In this document: positions 28,067 to 36,636 of the stretch, piece after piece
Layout: every line of letters starts with the position of its first letter
Numbering within the stretch: the first letter of the stretch is position 1
From: Candidatus Thorarchaeota archaeon
Lineage (GTDB): Archaea > Asgardarchaeota > Thorarchaeia > Thorarchaeales > Thorarchaeaceae
Reading direction: 5' to 3'
Assembly: GCA_011364905.1 (NCBI GenBank)
Contig: RDNZ01000013.1
Span: forward strand, 1 to 62,335
Length of the DNA: 62,335 nt
Translations under genes and position numbers: made by a program
Notes under the pieces: generated by a model
Seen by the model: the letters and a program-made list of their open reading frames with translations, nothing else
What the model was told of the DNA's origin: nothing
Databases searched by the model: none

Positions 28067-29800
28067 GTGATGGCTGTTGCTTTCATGGCTTCGCTTGAAC
28101 AATCACCTGAAACTTACGAACAGGAGTTTGATGATGTACTTGAGGGAAGAAGTAGACGTATCCGGGAACGTATTCTCGAGCTTGTCAAACCCGGAATGAA
28201 AGTGCTTGACCTTGGATGTGGTCCTGGGCAGTTTGCAATTGAGGCGTCAAAAAAAGGAGCCTCGGTTATCGGTGTCGACTCTAACATGGGCATGATAACA
28301 TTTGCTAAGACGAGCGCTTCAACACTTGAAAAAGCCCCCGACTTTGTTTGTTCTGATGTATTGGCAATTCATGATGAATTGCAGGTTGAGGACATAGAAG
28401 CATCTCCCAGCTTAATTCCTGACCATAAGTTTGACCTCATTGTTAGTACTTTTCTCTTATCGGAGCTTAAACCTGTTCAACGTGATTTGCTCTTGCGGAA
28501 TATGAGAAAAATGCTTTCAGATGAAGGCGCTTTCGTAATTGCTGCAGAAACACTTCCTGAGTCATCGTCTGATAGGAAAACATTCTGGAAGAACAGAGGG
28601 CTGGTTGAGAAGGAAGCTCGAGTTCGACTTGCACCACCTATTGTTTCCCTTGAAGATCTGATTCAGAAGGCTGGTTTTGTCATTAAGGAATCCGAAAGAT
28701 ATGGTCCTGAAATAGTGTATCTTACTGGAACTAAGAGTCTCATTGAACCTCCGAATGAATATCAGAGCAGAGTTAGACCAATCTTTGGAGGCGTCGCGAG
28801 AACAAGAATTTGGTACTGTCATATCACTGGTGGCTGGCGCGGAATATCAATAACACCCGGTCTTTATCGAGCAGGGACTCCAAACTCAGAAAGCCCTGTC
28901 TTGGTGACAGCTAACTATGAACTCACATATTATACAGTGATGAGAGCATTAGCAAAGGATAGTATCGATGCATGGGTGCTTGTCTGTGATACTGATGGCA
29001 TCAATGTCTGGTGCGCTGCACGAGGAACCCACTTCAATAGCGATGATGTTGTTAATATGGTGCGTTTAACTGGTCTAACTGATATAGTGAATCATAGAGA
29101 ATTGATCCTACCACAGTTATCAGCTGCTGGAATGGACCCATCAGAAATTCGTAGACGAACGGGGTTTAGAGTTCGATATGGTCCTGTCAGAGTCTATGAT
29201 CTCTCTGAGTGGTTTGAACTCGGAAAACCAAGGCCTAAGCCAAGAGGAATGGCAACCGTCACATTCAATCTGAGGGAGCGGATGGAGCAGACTGTTGCCC
29301 ACGTGCCATTTCTGTTTGCGGTTCTACTTGGCAAGCCTCTTGTTGCTATTCTTGGAATGATTGCACTCATCAATTTACTAGCCTCGATGTTCCCAATCGC
29401 GCTTGCAGCGACTTATCCAACATCTCTTCAGATTCTCTCACTTATTGGCGAGTTTGTTTTTGCTCTCGCTGCCAATTCTCTCGTACTTGGCTTATTGTTC
29501 CCTATTCTGCCTTCGAAAGGAAACTCATTCTGGCGTCGGGGCCTTGGTCTTTCAGCTATTACACTGCCTATTGCAGCGATAATCATGATACTTATGGGAG
29601 TGCACTGGACTGATATGACCTCGTGGATGATAATCCAATTCGTTCTTGTGATATCTTTGACCATGGACTGGTCGGGGATGACATCAGTGAGCGATCCAAA
29701 GGTAATAAGAAGGGAGTATCCATACCTAATACTGACATTAAAAACAGGAGCCATGTTTCTGGTGGTTTTCAACCTAATCGTTATAATCATGGGCTGGTGA
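28067..29800 (+). CDS. hgcA: Fusion of a class I SAM-methyltransferase domain with an HgcA-type corrinoid-binding domain and TM region
   Basis: KVLDLGCGPG (motif I); PGLYRAGTPNSESPVLVTANYELT, DTDGINVWCAARG cap helix, LILPQL, YGPVR; C-terminal TM helices. Confidence 0.8.
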   Translation: MMAVAFMASLEQSPETYEQEFDDVLEGRSRRIRERILELVKPGMKVLDLGCGPGQFAIEASKKGASVIGVDSNMGMITFAKTSASTLEKAPDFVCSDVLAIHDELQVEDIEASPSLIPDHKFDLIVSTFLLSELKPVQRDLLLRNMRKMLSDEGAFVIAAETLPESSSDRKTFWKNRGLVEKEARVRLAPPIVSLEDLIQKAGFVIKESERYGPEIVYLTGTKSLIEPPNEYQSRVRPIFGGVARTRIWYCHITGGWRGISITPGLYRAGTPNSESPVLVTANYELTYYTVMRALAKDSIDAWVLVCDTDGINVWCAARGTHFNSDDVVNMVRLTGLTDIVNHRELILPQLSAAGMDPSEIRRRTGFRVRYGPVRVYDLSEWFELGKPRPKPRGMATVTFNLRERMEQTVAHVPFLFAVLLGKPLVAILGMIALINLLASMFPIALAATYPTSLQILSLIGEFVFALAANSLVLGLLFPILPSKGNSFWRRGLGLSAITLPIAAIIMILMGVHWTDMTSWMIIQFVLVISLTMDWSGMTSVSDPKVIRREYPYLILTLKTGAMFLVVFNLIVIIMGW

Positions 29801-29806
29801 CAAATA

Positions 29807-30133
29807 ATGACCGTTGTAACGCAGCAAGTCGATCTTGAGATAGAGTATGACCCACATCGGTGCAACCGTTGTGGAATGTGCCTTGAGGTCTGTCCATTTA
29901 ACGTCTGGGAGCTGCCAGTTGACGGTCCCGCAGTCATTGCAAGACCTGAAGACTGTACTAATTGTACTGCATGTGCCAAGAACTGCTTAGGCAATGCCAT
30001 AAATGTAAGAAACATAGGTTGCGGATGTATCTGGAACGAGTCCGCACGACGGAGTGGAAAGGTCGAGGAGTCAGTAATCGGCAAAAATCAAGATAGTTGC
30101 TCACCAACAGAAGGTAAATCCTGTTGTGAATGA
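29807..30133 (+). CDS. hgcB: HgcB-like 2[4Fe-4S] ferredoxin with Cys-rich tail
   Basis: CNRCGMCLEVCP, CTNCTACAKNC, GCGC and terminal CC; 6 bp after the hgcA-like gene. Confidence 0.7.
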   Translation: MTVVTQQVDLEIEYDPHRCNRCGMCLEVCPFNVWELPVDGPAVIARPEDCTNCTACAKNCLGNAINVRNIGCGCIWNESARRSGKVEESVIGKNQDSCSPTEGKSCCE

Positions 30134-30400
30134 CTACCTTCTCAATCCAATTCGCTACCACAATTATCGACCATATTCGTAGTTTAGTATATTTTACTGG
30201 ACACCACGAAATGATGAATCGTGCACTGATTCATCTAATTGAAGTTTTCATGGAAGATATGTAGAATGCAAACGATCTCTTTTCTCAAGTCTTTTGATGG
30301 CATTAAGCTAGAGTTCTCAGCTGAACTTGCAGCAAGAGAACTTGGAGTTAATATCGAACTCTATCACCACACTTGGGATGATTATCTCTCTTGCTAATGC

Positions 30401-30420
30401 CAAATTCCCCTAGCCCGTCA
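30401..30420 (+). repeat. tRNA-Lys 3'-end direct repeat R8 (degenerate)
   Basis: caaattcccctagcccgtca followed by tctctttcc, as after R5 and R7. Confidence 0.7.
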
Positions 30421-30486
30421 TCTCTTTCCACTCAATTCTTCTATTAATATAAACACCTATAGGCTACTTAGAGTCGCGAAAAGCCT

Positions 30487-30960
30487 ATGAGTCTCTCAAT
30501 CAAGAAGGGGATTAGTTTTGGAACCACATCCGGAGTTATTACAACGCTAGGAATGATTGTGGGAGTAAATGCAAGTACAAGCTCTCGTCTTGCTGTAATT
30601 GCAGCGATAGTGGCAATCGCGATAGCCGACGCTTTCTCCGACGCTGTTGCAATGCATGTATCAGAGGAATCTGAGGGTGTTCATTCACGAAACGACGTCT
30701 TGGAGGCTACTCTGACTACATTCTTTACAAAATTCATTTTTGCCTTGAGTTTCGTGGTCCCAATCTGGTTCTTGGCCCTTGATATTGCAGTCGTAGTGGA
30801 CATTATTTGGGGCTTATTGATTATGACTGTTTTCAACATCCTCCTAGCTCGTTCACAGAAAGAAGGAGTATTACGAGTTGTTTTCGAACATCTTACAATT
30901 GCAGTCGCTGTTGTTCTAATAACCTACATCGTTGGTTCGTTCCTATCAACAGTCGTCTAA
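30487..30960 (+). CDS. VIT1/CCC1-family metal transporter
   Basis: FGTTSGVITTLG, AIADAFSDAVAMHVSEESE; five TM. Confidence 0.85.
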   Translation: MSLSIKKGISFGTTSGVITTLGMIVGVNASTSSRLAVIAAIVAIAIADAFSDAVAMHVSEESEGVHSRNDVLEATLTTFFTKFIFALSFVVPIWFLALDIAVVVDIIWGLLIMTVFNILLARSQKEGVLRVVFEHLTIAVAVVLITYIVGSFLSTVV

Positions 30961-30984
30961 GAAGCAAGACCATAATTGACACCT

Positions 30985-31012
30985 TCGGGATTCAAATCCT
31001 TCTTGGCCGCCA
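30985..31012 (+). repeat. tRNA-Lys 3'-end direct repeat R9 (intron-less form)
   Basis: tcgggattcaaatccttcttggccgcca versus spliced tcgagggttcaaatccctcctggcccgcca. Confidence 0.85.
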
Positions 31013-31057
31013 TCTCACTGAACCTTGCTTCAATCTTGTCACTAATATATCACAAGC

Positions 31058-31939
31058 GTGAGGACCATCCGGTTAATCGACATGGAAGGGATACTCAGAA
31101 CAGGCACAGGAGAAATCCGCTTCTTATGGAAACTTGCTGTGACCTTCATACTGCTTATTGTGTTGATTGTCATTAGCAGGCTCAGTTTGATACTTATGGT
31201 CCAACAAGTTCTCATCTTCCAAGGGACACTACCTTCTGCTGCTTTTGAGAACGCGCAAATCTTTGTAGCCGAATCATCAGAGGGTCAAGCGATTGCGAGT
31301 TCGCTGGATTTAGCGTTGATACTCCTACTCGTTTTCCTCCTAGTTACTCGCATCGAAAAACATGAGTTTCACTTGGCTGACATTGGTCTTAATCTGCAGC
31401 GCGATACTCTGCCCCTCGTTGTGTTTGGAATCGTTATTGGATGTGGTCTTTTTCTCGGAGCAGTGATGTTTGGAGTGCTTCTCCACACGATTGGACTTCC
31501 TGTGTATCCCCATCTTGAACAGTGGCCACTTTTAATCACACTAATAGCATCAGTAATCTTCTACGGTCTGAATAGCTTCTGGCAAGAGATTGTGTTTCGA
31601 GGGTATTTGCAGACCCAGGCGGTTGAAGAATATGGCGGGCTACTCGGAATTTCTACTGTTACAGTAGCCTTTGTTCTCTTTCACGGACTAGTTCAGACTC
31701 TAACACCAATAGGAATCATCTCAGGTCTGTTGCTATTCGGCTACATAGGACTCCTATACGAAAAGACCAGATCGCTCTACCTTGTGGGTGTGATTCATGC
31801 AGTTCTCAACTTCTTACCAGTTCTTTTCAACCTATCATGGCAAGGGTTAGAGAGTGTCATAACATATGGCATTGCGCTTGTACTACTGATTCTGTTGATA
31901 CGCAGAACCGAGCAATCAGCATCAACCGATTCGCAGTAG
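31058..31939 (+). CDS. CPBP/Abi (CAAX protease-like) membrane protein
   Basis: QEIVFRGY (EExxxR variant), FVLFH, HAVLN. Confidence 0.85.
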   Translation: MRTIRLIDMEGILRTGTGEIRFLWKLAVTFILLIVLIVISRLSLILMVQQVLIFQGTLPSAAFENAQIFVAESSEGQAIASSLDLALILLLVFLLVTRIEKHEFHLADIGLNLQRDTLPLVVFGIVIGCGLFLGAVMFGVLLHTIGLPVYPHLEQWPLLITLIASVIFYGLNSFWQEIVFRGYLQTQAVEEYGGLLGISTVTVAFVLFHGLVQTLTPIGIISGLLLFGYIGLLYEKTRSLYLVGVIHAVLNFLPVLFNLSWQGLESVITYGIALVLLILLIRRTEQSASTDSQ

Positions 31940-32262
31940 TTCCAGTTATACCAATTGTTTTGATACTGCCCTGTCTGCTCCGACATTACATCCTAGTGAT
32001 GACGAAGAACTCTTGGAGACCGCTTTCTCCTCCTCACAGATTTCCGGGTGCCATCATTAATCACCCAAGGCATTGCAGGTCGGTCCTTCCCAGTCCATAT
32101 ACTATTGACTCTCAACTGGCTACTGCGAAGGAGAGTCCATAGCCGCCTCTTCTTCTCTCTCCTATTTTTGGCTGTCATCTTCCTTTTCAAATATGAACCT
32201 GAAGACCTTTCATCTTTTAGGTCAGAAGGATGCTTCAGTTCAGACCTTTCCTTTCCACTATC

Positions 32263-33237
32263 CTATTTCGCTATTTTGCCAAGTTTCGAAATCACTTCTT
32301 CGGCTTCACTCATTATTCTATCAAGCAATTCCTTCACAGTGGGAATATCCTTTATCAGACCTACACCTTGACCGCAACTCACGACTCCAAGGTCAATGTC
32401 CCCTTCCCTATACATCTTCTCTGATTTTTCCCCAGAGGCTGCCTGAATAAGGGTGTACAAGGGCACTTTTTGAGCCTCTAGTTCGAGTACTATCTGTGCA
32501 GCCTTATTATTCCAGAACCTGTGGGTATTTCCAACCGACCGCAGAGCCAAGACTGTATCAACTTCCCTTGCCTGTACAAAAGCTTGCTTCAGGTTGTCAT
32601 GAATGGGACACTCCTTTGTAGCCATCATCCTTGTGCCCATGATCACCCCTTCCGCACCCAGGGCAAAGGCTGCAGCAACACCTCTACCATCTGTTATTCC
32701 TCCCCCTGCAATCACAGGGACATTTAGAGCATCAACTACAGAAGGAGTCATCACCATTGTTCCTATGTCCAGAATCCCAGTGGCTCCGCCGTTCTCATAC
32801 CCAACCACTGTTATGATATCGGCTCCCAGCGATGCTCCTTTGAGCGCGTATCTCACGCCTGCACACTTGTGAATCCAGACTGCGCCTCCGTCCTTGAATT
32901 TTGGAACCAGGTCCTCCGGAGCCTTGTGACCACTTGTTTCAATGATCTTCACGTCCTCAGCCAATGTGGCATCGACATAGTCTTCCAGCTTTTCCTGGGG
33001 CATCAACGCGGGGAAGAGATTGATATTTACGGCAAATGGCTGGTCTGTGAGAGACTGTGTCTTCTTGATGGCATCACGCAACGCATCAGGAGTCTTGTAG
33101 TTCGCACTGGCTAAAACAGCACAGGCACCAGCATTACTTGCTGCCGCAACGAACTCAGGATTAGAGATCCTTGCCATGGTCCCTGCTATAATCGGGTATT
33201 TGCATCCCAACATTTCAGTTACTCTTGTCTTTATCAT
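32263..33237 (-). CDS. Nitronate monooxygenase/FabK-family flavoenzyme
   Basis: YPIIAGTM, PFAVNI, GYENGG, PVIAGGGITDGRG, GTRM, GQGVGLI. Confidence 0.92.
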   Translation of the reverse strand: MIKTRVTEMLGCKYPIIAGTMARISNPEFVAAASNAGACAVLASANYKTPDALRDAIKKTQSLTDQPFAVNINLFPALMPQEKLEDYVDATLAEDVKIIETSGHKAPEDLVPKFKDGGAVWIHKCAGVRYALKGASLGADIITVVGYENGGATGILDIGTMVMTPSVVDALNVPVIAGGGITDGRGVAAAFALGAEGVIMGTRMMATKECPIHDNLKQAFVQAREVDTVLALRSVGNTHRFWNNKAAQIVLELEAQKVPLYTLIQAASGEKSEKMYREGDIDLGVVSCGQGVGLIKDIPTVKELLDRIMSEAEEVISKLGKIAK

Positions 33238-33320
33238 TGGCTTACACCCACATCCTTTGACCATTGATTTGATTCTCACAGATAAGTCTCATTATCAGAT
33301 TCGGTAATCACTACAGAACG

Positions 33321-34166
33321 TTACTTCCTAGTGCTGTCAACAACCTCAGATAGTATTGTGTTGTTTCCCTCCCACCTGCGTAGTTTGGGCCAGATTACTG
33401 CCCAGATTATCGCCATTAACAGTAACAGATTAGACGGCTGAACAATCGGGCTCACCAATGAGGTAGGTGCGTTACCCAAGGCGTGCACCATCATTACGAA
33501 GAAAAGGTTCTCTGTTCGTAAATAAAGAAGGCCATAGATGATTCCATTCAAAAACACGCTGAACAGGAGTTCTTGAACCACTACCATTGTCCATCCATCA
33601 TTAAACACTCTCCAGGGGACATGGAGCACAGTGAAGAGCGCTTGGGACAGAAGCAGAGCAACGGCCACTTGCAGATATCTGTTTTCAAACGAGTCCTTCA
33701 GCTTAATCCTGAACTGGATGAGGAAAAACCCTCTAAATCCAATTTCTTCATACAAGGCGGTACCAAAGAGCATTCCTATTAATAGACCAATTATGGAAAG
33801 ACTTTCCGTGCTCCATTGTCCGTTGAGTTCAACACTTCCTGTTCCGATTTGGCTTATTGCCGCTTCGGCTATCTGAACAAGAATCCAAGTTATCAGACCT
33901 ATAACAGCAGCAAGTGGCAGTTTTCTAGTCACTAGTCCAATATCTCTTCCCTGAAGTTTACCGTATAAGATCAGGGTTCCGTAGACTGCAATCGTCAGTA
34001 GGAGCAGATTCAGTATCAGCGAACGGTCGATTAGTCCCGAACTGGCAGTCTCTACAGATTGAACTATTCCTACTACGTACAAGCCCAAATACAGAATGAC
34101 GAGAACAATACTCACAGCGAAAAACAGAGCCATTGTTTTGTAGTTTGACTCCTTAGACTCAATCAT
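33321..34166 (-). CDS. CPBP/Abi (CAAX protease-like) membrane protein
   Basis: EEIGFRG, FTVLH, HALGN. Confidence 0.88.
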   Translation of the reverse strand: MIESKESNYKTMALFFAVSIVLVILYLGLYVVGIVQSVETASSGLIDRSLILNLLLLTIAVYGTLILYGKLQGRDIGLVTRKLPLAAVIGLITWILVQIAEAAISQIGTGSVELNGQWSTESLSIIGLLIGMLFGTALYEEIGFRGFFLIQFRIKLKDSFENRYLQVAVALLLSQALFTVLHVPWRVFNDGWTMVVVQELLFSVFLNGIIYGLLYLRTENLFFVMMVHALGNAPTSLVSPIVQPSNLLLLMAIIWAVIWPKLRRWEGNNTILSEVVDSTRK

Positions 34167-34429
34167 TTTGAAACCACTCATCCGTCGATGATTTAGAATC
34201 AATTCAAATCCGAATTCCTCATTGTCTTGGAACATCCTCCTTATATTTTCAATCCAAACCAACCTTCAATTATGGATTCTCCCTGTTTTGCACGAGAAAA
34301 CCCAGGTATGACTGTCTTACATCACTCACAGAAATCAAGTTGGATACTCCCATGTACTTGTATGCACATCCGACATATGATGGCTATAGAGCCAAATAGA
34401 ATTGGTCCTCAAACTACGTTAATGAAAGA

Positions 34430-35200
34430 GTGGTGATGAGCATGACTTCTTTAACAGAGCATTTGAAACAATTAGCACTTGAAGTTGGTTTCGCATCGGT
34501 GGGCATATCTCGTCCAGATTTGCTTGAGGATTTGCCCTATGGACCCGTTGGTCAGGTGACAACACTGCGACCCCCTATACAGGAGCTACTAGAAACAAAG
34601 TCGGTCATACTCCTTGTGTTTCATACTTGGGACAAGATATTCAGCCTCTCAGTGGATCCTCCTGAATGGAGGGGCTATGGCCTTCACTCTCCGGAAGAAG
34701 AGTTTGAGAGTTACTATCTCCCATATGAGATAATGAAGAATAAAGCATGGGAGATTGTTGATTTTCTCCGAAGAGAAGGATATGAGGCTAAATACTCGTT
34801 AAGAATTCCTCTGAAGACAACGGCAATCAAGTGTGGTCTTGGCTGTCAGGGGAAGAATACGTTATTGGTCACCCCAAAACATGGGCCCCGAGTGAATCTA
34901 ATCTCGATACTCACAAATGCTGAACTGGAAGTAAACGAGCCCTTCAAGGAGGATCTTTGTGGCGACTGCAATCTCTGTGTCACAGCGTGCCCGACAAAAG
35001 CGCTTGCACCATACTCAATCACAATCGAGAAATGTATGACATACTCTGCTGAGACTCCGTGTTCAACGGATGTTTCTCAGCATGTACGCGAGATGGAGAA
35101 GAAACTCGTTTCACGACCAACAGAGAACAGCTATATTGAGTGTGCAAGGTGTATGGAGGTCTGTCCGATAGGAAAGAAACCTAAGTCCAATTCGAAATGA
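34430..35200 (+). CDS. Epoxyqueuosine reductase (QueG)/reductive dehalogenase-like cobalamin 4Fe-4S protein
   Basis: GLGCQGKNTLLVTPKHGP, CGDCNLCVTACP, CARCMEVCP. Confidence 0.85.
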   Translation: MVMSMTSLTEHLKQLALEVGFASVGISRPDLLEDLPYGPVGQVTTLRPPIQELLETKSVILLVFHTWDKIFSLSVDPPEWRGYGLHSPEEEFESYYLPYEIMKNKAWEIVDFLRREGYEAKYSLRIPLKTTAIKCGLGCQGKNTLLVTPKHGPRVNLISILTNAELEVNEPFKEDLCGDCNLCVTACPTKALAPYSITIEKCMTYSAETPCSTDVSQHVREMEKKLVSRPTENSYIECARCMEVCPIGKKPKSNSK

Positions 35201-35202
35201 GT

Positions 35203-36120
35203 TCAAAGTCTCTTCTTCAGATAATACTCCTTTATAGGATCAGGATATCCGTCAGAAACCCCGAAGACCTCATACCCGCACTTTTGGAAGAACTCAGGAG
35301 AATTGAATGATAGTACCCATGTCAGTCCTGAGACCGCTCCCTTCTCCTTTGCTATCTTCTCTGCTTCAGTCAGGAGATGCCTTCCAAGTCCTTGCCCACG
35401 AAATCTCTCATCAACCCACATCAGCTCAATGTGCAACACACCAATAGCTGTGAATGCACTAAGGCCTCCAATTATCTGATCATCATCTTTGACGACGAGT
35501 TTCACTCTGATGCCTGGATATTTCTTCAAAGACTCTCCCGCCTGCTCCTTGACATATCCACCTAACCCTTTATCCAATACTTTCATTGCATCTTCTGATT
35601 TGTCCTCAGAGATAGTGAATCCTTTGAACTTGTCATCTGGCCTTGTTCTATCCTTTCTCTCCAAGCCCCGCCATGTGTCGTCCAGTTTCTTCATGAACAC
35701 AAATTCTGTAATATTATCAGGATACACATCACATATTCCTATGACATTGTACCCTATTGCTTTGTAAAACTCAGGTCCTTGGAACGAGAAGGTCCAAGTC
35801 TGCGCCGCAGTGTATCCTTTTGCCTTTCCAATCCTCTCTGCTTCTAGTACGAGGTTTCTTCCATAGCCCAACCCACGATATTTCTTATCTATCCAAAGGA
35901 TTTCAAGATGCATGACTCCAGTCTTCATGCTGGTGACCACTCCCCCGACAACGTTTCCATCTTGGTCCCGCAAGACCAGGTTGATATCATTGTAGGGGAC
36001 ATCTAGATCACCATATGGCTGTTGAGCGTCATAGACCCTAAGGCCTTCACTAATGACTTCCATCTCCTCCTCGGTTGGATTATCAATTATGACAAATCGA
36101 TTGGGCTCTTTATGGTCCAT
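35203..36120 (-). CDS. Tandem GNAT acetyltransferase
   Basis: Two internal repeats, each with LWxD..RG.G.GR and FY/FF.K.GY. Confidence 0.9.
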   Translation of the reverse strand: MDHKEPNRFVIIDNPTEEEMEVISEGLRVYDAQQPYGDLDVPYNDINLVLRDQDGNVVGGVVTSMKTGVMHLEILWIDKKYRGLGYGRNLVLEAERIGKAKGYTAAQTWTFSFQGPEFYKAIGYNVIGICDVYPDNITEFVFMKKLDDTWRGLERKDRTRPDDKFKGFTISEDKSEDAMKVLDKGLGGYVKEQAGESLKKYPGIRVKLVVKDDDQIIGGLSAFTAIGVLHIELMWVDERFRGQGLGRHLLTEAEKIAKEKGAVSGLTWVLSFNSPEFFQKCGYEVFGVSDGYPDPIKEYYLKKRL

Positions 36121-36236
36121 CGTATTTCCGGCTCCTGATGATTTGTTGAAAAATACGCTTGCATTAATTGTCTTTCTAGAAGCGCAGAAAACTAATTTGA
36201 AAACTCGGAATGTGTAACTCGTACTATAAAGAAACC

Positions 36237-36270
36237 ACCGACATTAGTCGGTACAGTCAAGCGTCGGTAC
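36237..36270. promoter_or_regulatory. Palindromic operator ACCGAC-N4-GTCGGT plus extra half site, just downstream of a TATAAA box
   Basis: accgacattagtcggt at 36237-36252; gtcggtac at 36263-36270; same motif at 37385. Confidence 0.7.
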
Positions 36271-36313
36271 AAAGATTATGCTTCTTTTTGAGTCAGTAGA
36301 GTTGGTGATAAAA

Positions 36314-36529
36314 ATGGCTTGCACAACAGAACAACAAACAATCGCTCTCATCGACCTGCCTGGACCAATCGAGAGTGAAAAGAAGAGCGCTTCAAAAGAG
36401 GTTGATGCCTATGACGTCAAGGCTAGAAACTACCGAAAGCACTTGGCACAACAAGAAGCACTGCGCCAGCTCGAGAGGAACAGAACATATGCTCTGGCAG
36501 TAGCTCGTGGAGTATCGCTTTACAGGTAG
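36314..36529 (+). CDS. Small hypothetical protein (71 aa)
   Basis: TATA box, GGTGAT SD and a downstream T-tract. Confidence 0.6.
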   Translation: MACTTEQQTIALIDLPGPIESEKKSASKEVDAYDVKARNYRKHLAQQEALRQLERNRTYALAVARGVSLYR

Positions 36530-36636
36530 AACTAGGAGGCGTACATGCATTGATATCGAATTATCTATGCCAGTGCCAAGTAAGGCACCGCCTCTATCTT
36601 TTCTTTTTTTAATATCAGAATAATGTAGTTGGTCTA

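Noticed and set aside
29428-30084. 218-aa minus-strand ORF, and similar antisense ORFs throughout the window
   Set aside because: Antisense to well-supported genes and lacking motifs.
30128-30140. Selenocysteine readthrough at the hgcB-like TGA
   Set aside because: The TGA follows the natural CC-E terminus; no conserved continuation or SECIS was identified.
30210-30397. Possible pseudogene fragment after the hgcB-like gene
   Set aside because: Needs a stop readthrough and a frameshift to join, and no family is recognisable.
23587-31012. CRISPR array interpretation of the repeats
   Set aside because: Spacers are 0.3-2.5 kb and contain whole genes, the repeats derive from the tRNA, and no cas genes are present.
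31993-32190. 65-aa basic ORF, or a C/D box RNA, SRP, RNase P or cobalamin riboswitch in this gap
   Set aside because: The ORF reflects low-complexity purine tracts, GTGATGA has no CTGA partner at a suitable distance, and the hallmark motifs of the other RNAs are absent or out of order.
34201-34211. aattcaaatcc as a tenth tRNA repeat
   Set aside because: Only 9 nt match and the CTGGCCCGCCA part is missing; compatible with chance.
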